From the human T2T-CHM13v2.0 reference genome, Homo sapiens, in assembly GCF_009914755.1 (NCBI RefSeq), contig NC_060947.1: DNA of 64,000 nt; one strand, 5' to 3'. The notes beneath the pieces are model-generated. The model was not told where the DNA came from. It saw only the letters and a program-made list of their open reading frames with translations, and did not search any database. Of this stretch, positions 28,376 to 41,292 are shown in pieces. Both the position numbers and the translations under genes were made by a program. Position 1 is the stretch's first letter. Every line of letters begins with the position of its first letter.

Positions 28376-29570
28376 TTAGAAAAGAGTCTTTGGATTTGGG
28401 ACTCAAAAATCATCATTTTAAATAATCAAATGTCAGAGCCATTTCCAGCTTTAGCTCTAATTAACGATTCTGTTTTTATCAAGGGTGGAGGTGGCAAGAA
28501 TTAGAGAGACAAGTACTCATGCATTCATTCGACAAGTTGCTTATCTTTTCTGAGACTCAGTTGTTTTAATCTAAAAATAAGGTTAATTACAGTGCATAGT
28601 TCACGTTGCCATGTGAGGTTTAAATGAGATTTTTTTCCATGTAAAATGCAGTGCTTAACTGAAAATAAATGTTAGCTACTATTAATTTACAGGATGAGTA
28701 GTTAGGAGTCTTCCCTATTGTAACAGTTTAAGAAAACATTCCCTGTGAATACTGAGGATTTATTGAACATTTTAACCAGGTGTTTTGCCTCTTCAAAGGG
28801 TATTTAAAGAAATTAGCTCAAACATCTATCAGAAATTTAAGTTAGTCATTAGTAAGAACAAACTTTGAAACAGTCGGTTAAGGGAGGTGGTACACTGTCT
28901 TTGCCAGAAGTCTTTAATGAGAGGGAAGGCATGCAGCTTTTTGGCAAGTTAACTGCTATTCTACCAAAGGGTGGAAGTGGCGTCTAGTTCCCTCAACGTA
29001 ATAATTCCTTGTTTGTTACAGACTGAAGGTCTTTGGATTCCCTGTCAACCTAGAAAACATAACTCCCTAGCCTTGGATTCCTCAACCTTGTACCCAGAGA
29101 TGATGCGGGACAAAACTGTGAAGTAAGCAAAGCTTGTGTTTCTACTATTGTTTTGTTTGCTGCTCCCTCATCCTTTTTGTGGCCCTTTGGGCAGCCAGTG
29201 CACTCATGCTGCCTTTTTCTTTCACAAAAGGATTCCTGGCATGGATTCTACTCTGTCCTCCCCTTTCCCTCAGAAACCTATATGCTAACCTTCCCTTGGT
29301 TTTCTACCCCAATCCCATCTAAAGCTACCTTAACTCTGAATGATTGTTTACATGGCTGACAAGCAAATGTATTCATTCAGCAAGCACTTATTGAATACTT
29401 ACATGTGTCTGGCACTGTGCTAGGCACAGAGATAACTGACAGAATCCATGCCCTCCAGTAGAACAGAGAAGGTCAGCAAAAATGCCAGGGGTTATAAAGC
29501 AATGTGATAATAATAAGATAGAATATATATCATATAGTTGCTAGGAGGATTAAGATAATTAATAATAATG

Positions 29571-29863
29571 GGCCAGGCACGGTAGCTCATGCCTGTAATG
29601 CCACCACTTTGGGAGGCCGAGGTGGGCGGATCACTTGAAGTCAGGAGTTCGAGACCAGCAGGGCCAATATGGTAAAACCCCGTCTCTACTAAAAAAATAC
29701 AAAAATTAGCCAGGCACGGTGGCGCATGCCTGTAGTCCCACTTACTCAGGAGTTGAAGCATGAGAATCACTTAAAGAAAGGCAGAGGTTGCAGTGAGCCA
29801 AGATCGGGCCACTGCACTCCAGCCTGGATGACAGAGCAAGACTCTGTCTAAAAAAAAAAAAAA
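29571..29863 (+). mobile_element. AluS element
   Basis: Full Alu; TSD aattaataataatg. Confidence 0.93.
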
Positions 29864-30219
29864 ATTAATAATAATGAAGCACTAGAACAGTGCCTGGTAT
29901 ATAATGTGTTACATGCATATTTATCAGTAACTTACATGTCAGAGGAGGGTTATGTCCTAGGGACTGTGGGAGCACAGACTAGTACCACTCATCCCAACTG
30001 GAGGTGCCAAAATCCTGAGGTAGGCCTTGAAAATGGTTAGGGTTTAGCTGAATTACAGTGTGGAAGAAACATCTTCCATGTTGAGGAAACAGCATCATGA
30101 AAAGACAATGAGACATGAAAGAATATGGCATATCTCAAGAAATTCAAGAGTTTCACTATGGATAGAATATAGGCAAAATGAGAAGGAACAGAGGATGAGA
30201 CTCAAATAATAAAGAGCCT

Positions 30220-30885
30220 GTAGTCAATCAGAAGATTACTTTAATTGCCTCAATTTTTACTCTCTTTGTATCCATGACCTTTAGTAGTGCCCTCCCACGT
30301 CAGGTTGCCAGACATATTTACACTAAAATAATTACTAGTTGTTTGTCTGAAATTTACATTTAACCGGGTGTCCTGTATTTTCATCTGGCAACCTTATTGA
30401 TGTAATTCCCACAATTACTCTGGGTTTGGTCATGTGACTTGCTCTAGCCAATGGGTCATTAGGAAACCTGACACAAGCATAGTTTTGCAAACGTACTTGT
30501 GTCTTCTGACTTTTTTTATTCTTAGCCCCTGCCACTACCACGAGAATATGCCTGAGCTAACCTGCTGGAAGGATATGAGAGTCTACTCATTTCATCTGGG
30601 CCATTCTACAGCAGCCAAGAGCCAGATGATCCCCAAACGCGTCTGGTATCCTGCCTAAGATCATTGGAGCCACCTACCCAACCTGCAGCTGACCACAGAT
30701 GCATGAAAGAGCCCAATCAAAACCAGAAGAAACCCCCAGCCCACCCATGGACACATGAGCAATAGTAAGTGATTATTGTTTTAATCAATTAATCACTTTA
30801 ATCGTAATACAGACAAAAAGAAACTTGCAACAAGCAAGAGTAACTTGTTATGCAAAATTATTAGAGCAATAGGTGAATGATACAG
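30220..30885 (+). mobile_element. MLT1-type LTR containing a MITE
   Basis: ctctgggtttggtcatgtgacttgctctagccaatggg, cagctgaccacagatgcatga motifs. Confidence 0.6.
30302..30394. mobile_element. MER53-like hAT MITE, internally deleted
   Basis: Perfect 11-bp TIRs aggttgccaga/tctggcaacct; body resembles one arm of MER53. Confidence 0.7.
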
Positions 30886-32524
30886 AGCTGCATCTGCTAG
30901 GCAAAGGAACCCACTAGGTTCATAAAACATCTGCTGAGCACAAATCAACATTTGTGCTCAACAAATCATACAAACTTGGGGAGACAGGGCTAAAATTTAA
31001 AAAAAAAGTGTGAGTACTTCAATTTGAGGTACTCATACAAAATATTATTACATACATACAAAACAACCGCATACAAAACACTGGAGGGAGATAGGGTTTA
31101 AAATGCTTGAGGTGACTCCCAAAGGTAATAAGAAGACAAAGTTATGCTAAAGTATAAATGTGAGTTGGCAATATTAAATAATTGATTTTATTAAGTAATT
31201 CAGTGAGACTGTAAGCTCCATGAAAGTGACAACTGTGCTTATCTTGTTTACGAAAATAGTGCCTGCACATAGTAGATTGTTAATAAATATTTGTTGAATT
31301 GCTAGATGAATGCCTAGAAAATGACCAGTCTAGGTAGGTTATTTAATTTGCTTTCAGCTTCAACTAACAAAATACCCAAATAACAGTGCCTTAAACCAAA
31401 ACACATTTAATTAGCTCACATAACTAGCAGTCTAGGGATAAGTGGTGTCAGGGTTGAGATTTGGCTCAGCAGGGTTACCAAAAACTCTGGCTGTTTCCAT
31501 TCTTCTGACCCATCATATTCAATATAATGGCTCTTCGTGTACAGGTTTGTCCCGTAGGGTCAAAAAATTGCTTCTGCAACTCCAAACATCACATTCTTAT
31601 GTGACTACCTAGAAAGAAAGGAGATGACAAGAGTAGCCAAAGAGAATGCATACTGTGTCTCATGTCTCTATTTTCATTTGGGAGGTAGGCAATTATCCTC
31701 AGGAGACATCTCTTTACTCCTTATTGGTTAGAGTTGAATCACATGGTCACTTCACACTGCAAGAGACAATAAGAAACTGAGTGTCTGAAACTATCAGTCT
31801 CTGTATGTAAGTTGTGTTTTGCCATCAGGGAACATTAGGGAGCGGGGTGGATGTTGGGTAAGCTGGTGGTAATATTTGCCATAATAGAGACAACAAGCAA
31901 AATTTTGGGAAACATTTTGAGGCCTTAAGTACCATTAAAGTTAACCTGATTGCCTATCTGTTCCCCATATGTAATTAAAATTGTGAAAAGTCACAGCATG
32001 TTTCAAAGAATATAATAAAATTATTTCACTTTGTAGAACAAGAAGTCCAGCAATTGTTCCAGTTGAGTGCCGTACTTTCCAGGTATTTCGGGGAAATACT
32101 GTTATTAGGTCAAGGTGAAATACTGAGTAGGATAAGTTGTACTGGATTGCTACTTAAGGAACTATGCTTGATTAGTTAATTAGCTTTCAGTGCCCTTTTG
32201 AAAAAAATCGTATTGAACCCCATACAAGTGACATTTCCAACATAAGTCTGCCTTTCATTTAAGTGCCAATAAAATGTTTAAGGAATAATGCGTATGTGTT
32301 AAAATACTGCAGATTTAAAATTAATTTGGCAGCAAGAATCACAGAAACATGTATGGCTGTGTCTTGTTGTGATAGTCGGTATAATTGGTTCTTATAACCT
32401 TAACAGATATTCCCTGTGCTGTGTAAAAATGCTTCAAAAATCCATCAACTTTCCATTTAAATGTCATTGTTACTTGGGGGTGGTTAACCATTTATTGCTA
32501 TAAAGCTGGTAAGGTTTATTTAGT

Positions 32525-32942
<418 letters not shown>

Positions 32943-33120
32943 TAGTCTACTCTCTCAATCTTATTGGCCTCTAATTCCAAATGTATTCTCTAACCTATAG
33001 TCAAATCGAAGTACTCCCACTTGTTTTTGCACTTACTTACGTCTGTATTTTGCCTTCATCACATTTTTTATCCTATCCCATCTCTAATCATTTGAATCCT
33101 CATGAATTTTGTGTCTACTC

Positions 33121-33532
33121 TTTCATGCGCATCCGTGTGAAGAGACCACCAAACAGGCTTTGTGTGAGCAATAAGGCTGTTTATTTCACCTGGGTGCAGG
33201 CGGGCTGAATCCGAAAAGAGAGTCAGTGAAGGGAGATAAGGGTGGGGCCGTTTTATAGGATTTGGGTAGATAAAGGAAAATTACAGTCAAAGGGGGTTGT
33301 TCTCTGGCGGGCAGAGTGGGGGTCACAAGGTGCTCAGTAGGGGAGCTTTTGAGCCAGGATGAGCCAGGAGAAGGAATTTCACAAGACAATGTCATCAGTT
33401 AAGGTAGGAACAGGCCATTTTCACTTCTTTTGTGGTAGAATGTCATCAGTTAAGGCAGGAACCGGCCATCTGGATGTGTATGTGCAGGTCACAGGGGATA
33501 TGATGGCTTAGCTTGGGCTCAGAGGCCTGACA
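33121..33532 (-). mobile_element. HERV-H 3' LTR (LTR7 family), 412 bp
   Basis: Minus strand TGTCAGGCCTCTGAGCCCAAGCTAAGCC...GCATGAAA; AATAAA at 33180-33185; polypurine tract AAGAAGACAGGAA at 33533-33545. Confidence 0.96.
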
Positions 33533-34604
33533 TTCCTGTCTTCTTATATTAATAAGAAAAATAAAACGAAATAGTGGTAAAGTGTTGGGACAGTGAAAAT
33601 TTTGGAGGTGGTATGGAGAGATAATGGGCGATGTTTCTCAGGGCTGCTTCGAGCGGGATTAGGGGCGGCGTGGGAACCTAGAGTGGGAGAGATTAAGCTG
33701 AAGGAAGATTTTGTGGTAAGGGGTGATATTGTGGGGTTGTTAGAAGGAACATTTGTCATTTAGAATTATTGGTGATGGCCTGGATACAGTTTTGTATGAA
33801 TTGAAAAACTAAATGAAATAAGAGAAGGAGAAAAACAGGTATAAAAGGTCTAAGAACTGGGACGACTCAAGACATCTGATTAGAGCGTGCCTAAGGAGAT
33901 TCAGCATAGTCCTGCCAGCAAAGATTATTTATTTACTTCAAGAGTTAAGAGTGGCAGTTTGGGGATAGCACCAGGAGATATCAGCTGTGATGGCTTGGAG
34001 AAACAGTGTAAACCAGCAATGTAAACAAGAGCAGGGCATGTGTGAGTAGTTGAGAACGGTGAATAGGAGTATGACTAGACAGAAGATAGCAGGGATGACA
34101 AGTTTTTTTGGGGCACAGTCTAAGTTGGTCTGGTGTCTGGAATGAGACTGGGGCTTAATAAAAAGGAGCGTCTATACAGGAGCTCAAATGCGCTGTACCT
34201 TGTAGCATTCTGAGGACAGGTCTGACTTCTGAGAAGGGAAAGTGGTAAAAGTATTGTCCAGTCCTTTTTAAGTTGGTGGCTGAGCTTGGCGAGGTGTGTT
34301 TTTAAAAGACCGTTAGTCCATTCTACTTTTCCTGAAGACTGAGGACTGTAAGGGATATAAAGGTTTCACTGAATACTAAGAGCCTGAAAAAATGCTTGGC
34401 TGATTTGACTAGTAAAGGCTGGTCCGTTATCAGACTGTATAGAGGTGGGAAGGCCAAATCGAGGAATTACGTCTGATAGAAGGGAAGAAATGACCGCGGT
34501 GGCCCTCTCAGACCCTGTGGGAAAGGCCTCTACTTATCTAGTGAAAGTGTCTACCTAGACTAAGAGGTATTTTAGTTATCTGACTCAGGGCATGTTGAGT
34601 AAAA

Positions 34605-35024
34605 CTAATTTGCCAGTCCTGGGTGGGGGCAAATCCTCAAGCTTGATGTGTAGGGAAGGAAGGGGGCCTGAATAATCCCTGAGAAGTAGCAGAATAGCAG
34701 ATGGAACACTGAGAAGTTATTTCCTTGAGGATAGATTTCCACAATGGAAAGGAAATGAGAGGTTTTAAGAGGCGGGCTAGTGGCTTGTACTATAGCATAG
34801 CCTGCCTTTGCTGGTGTGTGGCGATTAGGCCTGGTAGAACTGCCATCAATAAACCAAGTGTGATCAGGGTGAGAAACAGGGAAGAAGGAAATATGGGGAA
34901 ATGGGGTGAATGTCAGGTGGATGAGAGAGATACAGTCATGGGGGTCAGGTGTGGTATCAGGAATAATGTGGGAGGCTGGATTGAAGTCCGGGCCAGGAAC
35001 AATGGTAACTGTGGGACTTAACAA
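34605..35024 (-). pseudogene. pol: HERV-H pol remnant (connection/RNase H start)
   Basis: HTWFIDGSS...AKAGYAIV RNase H N-terminal motif; frame disrupted. Confidence 0.85.
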
Positions 35025-35712
35025 AGAGTGAGTACAGCTGAAGGAGCCGGGGAACAGATAGTATATGCATCAGGTATGAGGAAGAAAATAGATTTTGGAA
35101 GTTATGAGAAATGTAGAGAGTGAGTTGAGCATAATTTGTGATTTTAAGGGCCTCTGAAAGTATTAGGGCGGCAGCAGCCACTGCATGGAGACATAATGGT
35201 CAGCTTAAAACAGTAAGGTCAAGTTGTTTGGACAAAAAGGCTACAGGACGCGATCCTGGTCCTTGTGTAAGAATTCTGACTGCACAGCCTTGCACTTTGG
35301 CTGTGTGTAATGAAAAGGGTTGGGATGAGTCAGGGAGAGCTAGAGTGGGGGCAGTCTCTAAAGCTATCTTCAAGAAATGGAAAGAGGAGTGGGGAAAGGA
35401 TTTAGGATCTATGCGGTCAGCTAGGTTTCCTTTTGTGAGTTTATAATAATGGTTTTGTTAGGATGGCAAAACTAGGTATCTAAAGTCGAAAGTATCTAAC
35501 CATGCCTAGGATGTAGAAGGTGTTGGGGTTTGAGAGATTAGTCGGACACGAGCAGCAGGGAGAGCACGTATGTTTTTTATAAGAATTACGCTGAGACAGG
35601 TAACAGGTGAGGAAGAAATTTGGGCTTGACTGAAGTAATGGGGGATGTCTGTGAAGCCTTGCGGCAGTACAGCCCAGGTAATTTGCTGAGCCTGATGGGT
35701 GTCAAGGTCAGT

Positions 35713-36105
35713 CTAAGTGAAAGCAAAGAGAGGCTGGGATGAAGGGTGCAAAGGAATAGTAAAGAAAGCATGTTTGAGATCTAGAACAGAATAATGGGTT
35801 GTGGAGGGAGGTATTGAGGATAGGGGAGTATATGGGTTCGGCACCACGGGGTGGATAGGCAAAACAATTTGGTTGATAAGGCACAGATCCTGAACTAACC
35901 TGTAAGGCTTGTCTGGTTCTAGGAAAGGTAAAATGGGGGAATTGTAAGGAGAGTTTATAGGCTTTAAAAGGCCATGCTGTAGCAGGCAAGTGATAACAGG
36001 CTTTAATCCTTTTAAAGCGTGCTGTGGGATGGGATCTTGGCATTGAGCAGGGTAAGGGTGATTAGGTTTTAATGAGATGGTAAGGGGTGCATGATCGGTC
36101 TCCAA
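35713..36105 (-). pseudogene. pol: HERV-H pol remnant (reverse transcriptase N-terminus)
   Basis: SPYNSPILP, YRLVQDL, PVVPNPYT, YSVLDLKHAFFTIPLHP motifs; stop follows. Confidence 0.9.
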
Positions 36106-36540
36106 GGAGGGAGTAGAGGTATCTTACACTTGTGGGTTAAGGCGGGGGGATACAAGAGGAGAACGTAAAGGAGGCTTTGGATTGGGAAGAAGGGCGGCAA
36201 TGAGATGCAGCTGTAGTCCAGGAATAGTCAGGGAAGCAGATCATTTAGTTAAAGTGTCTCGGCCTAATAAGGGAACTGGGCAGGTGGGGATAACTAAAAA
36301 GGAGTGCTTAAAAGAGTATCGTCTAAGTTGGCACCAGAGTTGGGGAGTTTTAAGAGGTTTAGAAGCCTGGCTGTCAATACCCACAACAGTTACAGAGTTA
36401 AGGGAAACAGGCCCTTGAAAAGAAGGTAATGTGGAGTGGGTAGCCTCCGTATTGATTAAGAAGGGGACAGACTTTCCACTGTGAGAGTTACTTAGAGTGT
36501 CTGTGATGGTCTTGTAGGCTTCTGAGGCAATCGGGCAGTG

Positions 36541-36960
36541 TCAGTCTTCAGCCGCTAAGCCGAGAAGATCTGGGAAGGAGTCCATCAGAGAGCCTTGGGC
36601 TAGAGTTCCAGGGGCTCTGGGAGTGGCTGCCAGGTGAGTTGAACAGTCCGATTTCCAGTGGGGTCCTGCACAGATGGGACACGGCTTAGGAGGAATCCTG
36701 GGCTGTGGACATTCCTTGGCCTGGTGGTCAGATTTCTGGCACTTGTGGCAAGCTCCTTTGGGAGGAGGTTCTGGAGGAAGGCCTGGCCACTGCGGTTCAG
36801 GCATTTGGAAGTTCTTGTGTGCTGGAGATGTGGCTGGGGTTTGTCTCACAGTGGAGGCAAGGAATTGCAACTTTTTTCTATTATTGTACACCTTGAAGGC
36901 GAGGTTAATTAAATCCTGTTGTGGGGTTTGAGGGCCGGAATTTAATTTTTGGAGTTTCAT
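36541..36960 (-). pseudogene. gag: HERV-H gag remnant (nucleocapsid)
   Basis: Zinc knuckles CHKCQKSDHQAKEC and CPICAGPHWKSDC. Confidence 0.9.
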
Positions 36961-37834
36961 TTAATGTTGGGAGTAGATTGGGTAATAAAATATATATTGA
37001 GAATAAGACGGCCTTCTGACCCTTCAGTGTCTAGGGCTGTAAAGCATCTCAGGGTTGCTGCCAAACGAGCCATGAACTGGGCTGGGTTTTTCATATTTGA
37101 TGAAAGAGCCTAAACACTCACTGATTTGGGAGAGGTCTGATAAAGAAAAGGAGCATTAACTTTGACTATGCCTTTAGCTTCAGCCACCTTTTTAAGAGGA
37201 AATTGCTGGGCAGGTGGGGGAGGGCTAGTCATGAACGAAACTGTAAGCCGGACCAGGTGTGAGGAGGGAAGGTGATAAAAGGATTACAGGGGGGAGGAGT
37301 GGAGGCTGAGGAAGAATTGGGACCTAGCTTGGCCTGGCGAGGAGGGGAGAGGTCAGATGGGTCTGTAAAAAAGGAAGATTAGACTCAGCAACGCTTGGGG
37401 TTGGGACTGAGAGGACAGGCAGGAGGGAAAGAAGGAAGATTTGGGACGAGTTGCATTGGGAACAGAGACTAGGAAGGGACTGATGTGTAAAGGAATGCCT
37501 GGATGTCAGGCACCTCAGACCGTTTGCCTATTTTACCACAAGAATTATTTAGATCTTGCAGGATGGAAAAATTGAAAGTGCCGTTTTCTGGCTATTTGGA
37601 ACTACTGTCGAGTTTATATTGGGGTCAAGTGGCATTGCAGAAGAAAATAAGGCGTTTAGGTTTTAGGTCAGGTGTGAGTTGAAGAGGTTTTAAGTTCTTG
37701 AGAACACAGGCTAAGGGGGAATGGAGGGTAGAAGGTTGCTTATAGTGAAGGAGGCAAGTTTAAAGAAAAGGGAGAGTAGAGACACGGAGGGAAGCGGTTA
37801 GGGGGTTCTTACCCTCCAGAAAAGCGGGAAAGGG

Positions 37835-38165
37835 GTTGGGGCACAGAGATACGAGGTCGGGGCGTGGAAATAAGGGATCAGGGCGCAGAGATATAAGAGG
37901 TTGGGGTGTGGAAATAAGGGATTGGGGCACAGAGATATAAGAGGTCAGGGCATGAAAATAAGGGATCGGGGTGCAGAGATAGGAGGTTGGGGTACTTGCC
38001 CCTCCCCTAGAAAAGTGGGACTTGCCACTAAGGGTGAAGGAGAAGGGGTTGAGGGGTTCTTGCCTCTCCCCCAGAAAAGCAGAGAAGAGATAGAGACACT
38101 GAGAGAAGGGGTTGGGGTACTTGCCCTTCCCCAGAAAAGCGGGACTTGCCGCTAAGGGTGAAGGA
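37835..38165 (-). repeat. Tandem repeats in the HERV-H leader
   Basis: About 43-bp units ggggcacagagatataagaggtcggggcgtggaaataagggat and a duplicated ggggtacttgccc...taagggtgaagga block. Confidence 0.8.
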
Positions 38166-38437
38166 CCAAGGCAGGCGTCCCTGCGTGGTCTGACACCTCT
38201 GAAACGTGGGTGAATAATCAGAGAGGCGTCTCTGCAATGATTAAACACCAAGGGAAGGCTGCCTTCCCAGTCCGTGACTGGCGCCGGAGTTTTGGGTCCA
38301 CGGATAAAATGTGTCTCCTTTGTCTCTACCAGAAAATGAAAGAATTGAAATTAAGAGAAGGGAGAGATTGAAGAGTGGAAAGGAGAAAGTGGTTGAGGGA
38401 TAGTGAGAAAGGTTGGAGAAGAGAGTAAGAAGAGGCC

Positions 38438-38446
38438 GCTTACCTG
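38438..38446 (-). promoter_or_regulatory. HERV-H leader splice donor
   Basis: Minus strand CAG|GTAAGC about 145 nt downstream of the 5' LTR. Confidence 0.7.
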
Positions 38447-38569
38447 ATTTAAAATTGGTGAGATGTTCCTTGGGCTGGTAGGTCTAAGGACCTGAGGTCG
38501 TAGGTGGATCTTTTTCATGGAGCAAAGAGCAGGAGGACAGGGGATTGATCTCCCAAGGGAGGTCACTTG

Positions 38570-38587
38570 ATCCCAGTCACGGCACCA
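38570..38587 (-). promoter_or_regulatory. Primer binding site complementary to tRNA-His
   Basis: TGGTGCCGTGACTGGGAT, one mismatch to TGGTGCCGTGACTCGGAT, immediately after the 5' LTR. Confidence 0.9.
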
Positions 38588-38589
38588 AA

Positions 38590-39052
38590 TTTCATGCACG
38601 TCCATGTGAAGAGACCACCAAACAGGCTTTGTGTGAGCAACAAGGCTGTTTATTTCACCTGGGTGCAGGCGGGCTGAGTCCGAAAAGAGAGTCAGCGAAG
38701 GGAGATGAGGGTGGGGCCGTTTTATAGGATTTGGGTAGATAAAGGAAAATTACAGTCAAAGGGGGTTGTTCTCTGGCGGGCAGAGTGGGGGTCACAAGGT
38801 ACTCAGTGGGGGAGCTTTTGAGCCAGGATGAGCAAGGAGAAGGAATTTCACAAGACAGTGTCATCAGTTAAGGCAAGAACAGGCCATTTTCACTTCTTTT
38901 GTGGTGGAATGTCATCAATTAAGGCAAGAACAGGCCATTTTCACTTCTTTTGTGCTGGAATGTCATCAATTAAGGCAGGAACTGGCCATCTGGATGTGTA
39001 TGTGCAGGTCACAGGGGATATGATGGCTTAGCTTAGGCTCAGAGGCCTGATA
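38590..39052 (-). mobile_element. HERV-H 5' LTR (LTR7 family), 463 bp, candidate promoter
   Basis: Matches the 3' LTR with 18 substitutions by eye plus a 51-bp insertion; TATAAAA near 38720-38726; terminal TG mutated to TA. Confidence 0.96.
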
Positions 39053-39638
39053 TACTCTTTCATAGAGAGTTCCATGGTTCCTTTAGTCATAATTAAATTT
39101 ACTCTTTTATTAACTTCATAGCTCTATTTCTTTATTGCACTATTATATGTTACCTATCTTTACACACATTTCTGTCACTGACTAAGCTACTACATTCTGG
39201 TTTCTGCCTTTTCCATACCACTGAGTCTGACCTTCAAAAAATAGTCATATTCTCCTACTTGTCAAGTCCAGCAGAAATTTTTCAATCCTGGTGATACTTT
39301 TACCACTCCCTCATTTAAAGTTTCTCTTAGCATCTTCTGCCCAGTCCTCTGAATGAGGGGACTTAGTTTTGGACTTGCTATTCTGGTTTTGACTTTGTAC
39401 AACATTTAGGCATTAGCTCTATTATCTGGGCCATAGGTTGTTCTACTATGGGTAGGTAGGAGGTACCACAACATCATGGCATCTTGGCCCACCACAGCCC
39501 TATAGCAGCCCTAATCCCACATTATGGGTCATGTTATATGCTTACCAGAGTGGCAAAGGAGGGAGGAGATGACAGAGTTATAGCTTTCCTAGTTCACATG
39601 TAACTCTTCTGAAATTAGGTAATAACTCCCACTTCTTA

Positions 39639-39932
<294 letters not shown>

Positions 39933-40434
39933 AAACTCCCACTTCTTATAAGTGTTCTGCGGATTATCACTGCATAACATTCTATGAATCTCACTTTCTC
40001 AACTTGCTTTTTTTCTGCATCTCCACTAAAATGTAAGCTCTATGAAAGCAGGGAATTTTGTGTGTTTGGTTCAGTCTTGTATCCCTAACACCTAGAATTG
40101 GGCCTGACACATAAGAAACAGTAAAAAAAAGAAAAAAATCTGTTGAATGAATAAATGAAAAGTATTTAATATATAATAAGTATTCAATAAATTCTAGCAA
40201 CACTGAACTTCAGGGAAGCCTATACTGTTGTTATTATAATTTAGATAAAGAAATGTATCTGCTCCCTTCAAGTAGTTTAATCTATTTGTTTGGAATTTCA
40301 TGTTTTTACTGTAATTGCTTTCTTTTTCTCGTTTTCTCTTTCACACTTTCAGCATGTGCATTTTTTACCTTGGCTTTATGGTAATATTCTGTTATCCTGT
40401 ATTCTAAATGGGGCATCTATGAGGTGCGCTTCTT

Positions 40435-41292
40435 TTTTTAAATATATTATCTTTTTAAATTTTTTTATTTTTATTATTATACTTTAAGTTCTAGGGTACA
40501 TGTGCACAACGTGCAGGTTTGTTACACAGGTAAACATGTGCCATGTTGGTTTGTTGCACCCATCAACTCGTCATTTACATTAGGTATTTCTCCTAATGCT
40601 ATCCCTCTCCCAGCCCCCCACCCCCCAACAGGCCCCAGTGTGTGATGTTCCCCATCCTGTGTCCATGTTTTTTCATTGTTCACCTCCCACTTATGAGTGA
40701 GAACATGTGGTGTTTGGTTTTCTGTCCTTGTGATAGTTTGCTGAGAATAATGATTTCCAGCTTCATCCATGTCCCTACAAAGGACGTGAACTCATCCTTT
40801 TTCATGGCTGCATAGTATTCCATGGTGTATATGTGCCACATTTTCTTTATCCAGTCTATTATTGATGGACATTTGGATTGGTTCCAAGTCTTTGCTATTG
40901 TGAATAGTGCTGCAATAAACGTACGTGTGCATGTGTCTTTATAATAGCATGATTTATAATCCTTTGGGTATATACCCAGTAATGGGATGGCTGGGTCAAA
41001 TGGTATTTCTAGCTCTAGATCCTTGAGGAATAGCCACACTGTCTTCCACAATGGTTGAACTAACTTACACTCCCACCAGCAGTGTAAAAGCATTCGTGTT
41101 TCTCCACATCCTCTCCAGCATCTGTTGTTTCCTGACTTTTTAATGATCACCATTCTAACTGGTGTGAGATGGTATCTCATTGTGGTTTTGATTTGCATTT
41201 CTCTAATGAACAGTGATGATGAGCATTTTTTCATATGTCTGTTGGCTGCATAAATGTCTCCTTTTGAGAAGTGTCTGTTCATATCCTTTGCC
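40435..41292 (-). mobile_element. 5'-truncated L1PA (ORF2 C-terminus and 3' UTR)
   Basis: 200-aa open ORF2 tail ([24 protein letters not shown]); TSD aggtg(c/g)gcttctt at 40422-40434 and 41293-41305. Confidence 0.95.

Larger units (their letters stand above)
33121..39052 (-). mobile_element. HERV-H provirus (LTR7-internal-LTR7), common ~5.9-kb deleted form
   Basis: Two LTRs, 5-bp TSD TACTC (33116-33120 and 39053-39057), tRNA-His PBS, polypurine tract, gag/pol remnants. Confidence 0.97.

Noticed and set aside
33546-34600. Possible HERV-H env gene
   Set aside because: No long ORF; provirus length of about 5.9 kb fits the env-deleted form
37835-37985. Regular ~43-bp repeats superficially like a CRISPR array
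   Set aside because: No unique spacers; tandem repeats within the HERV-H leader in a eukaryotic genome
40680-41282. 200-aa open reading frame
   Set aside because: C-terminal tail of L1 ORF2 in a 5'-truncated element without a promoter
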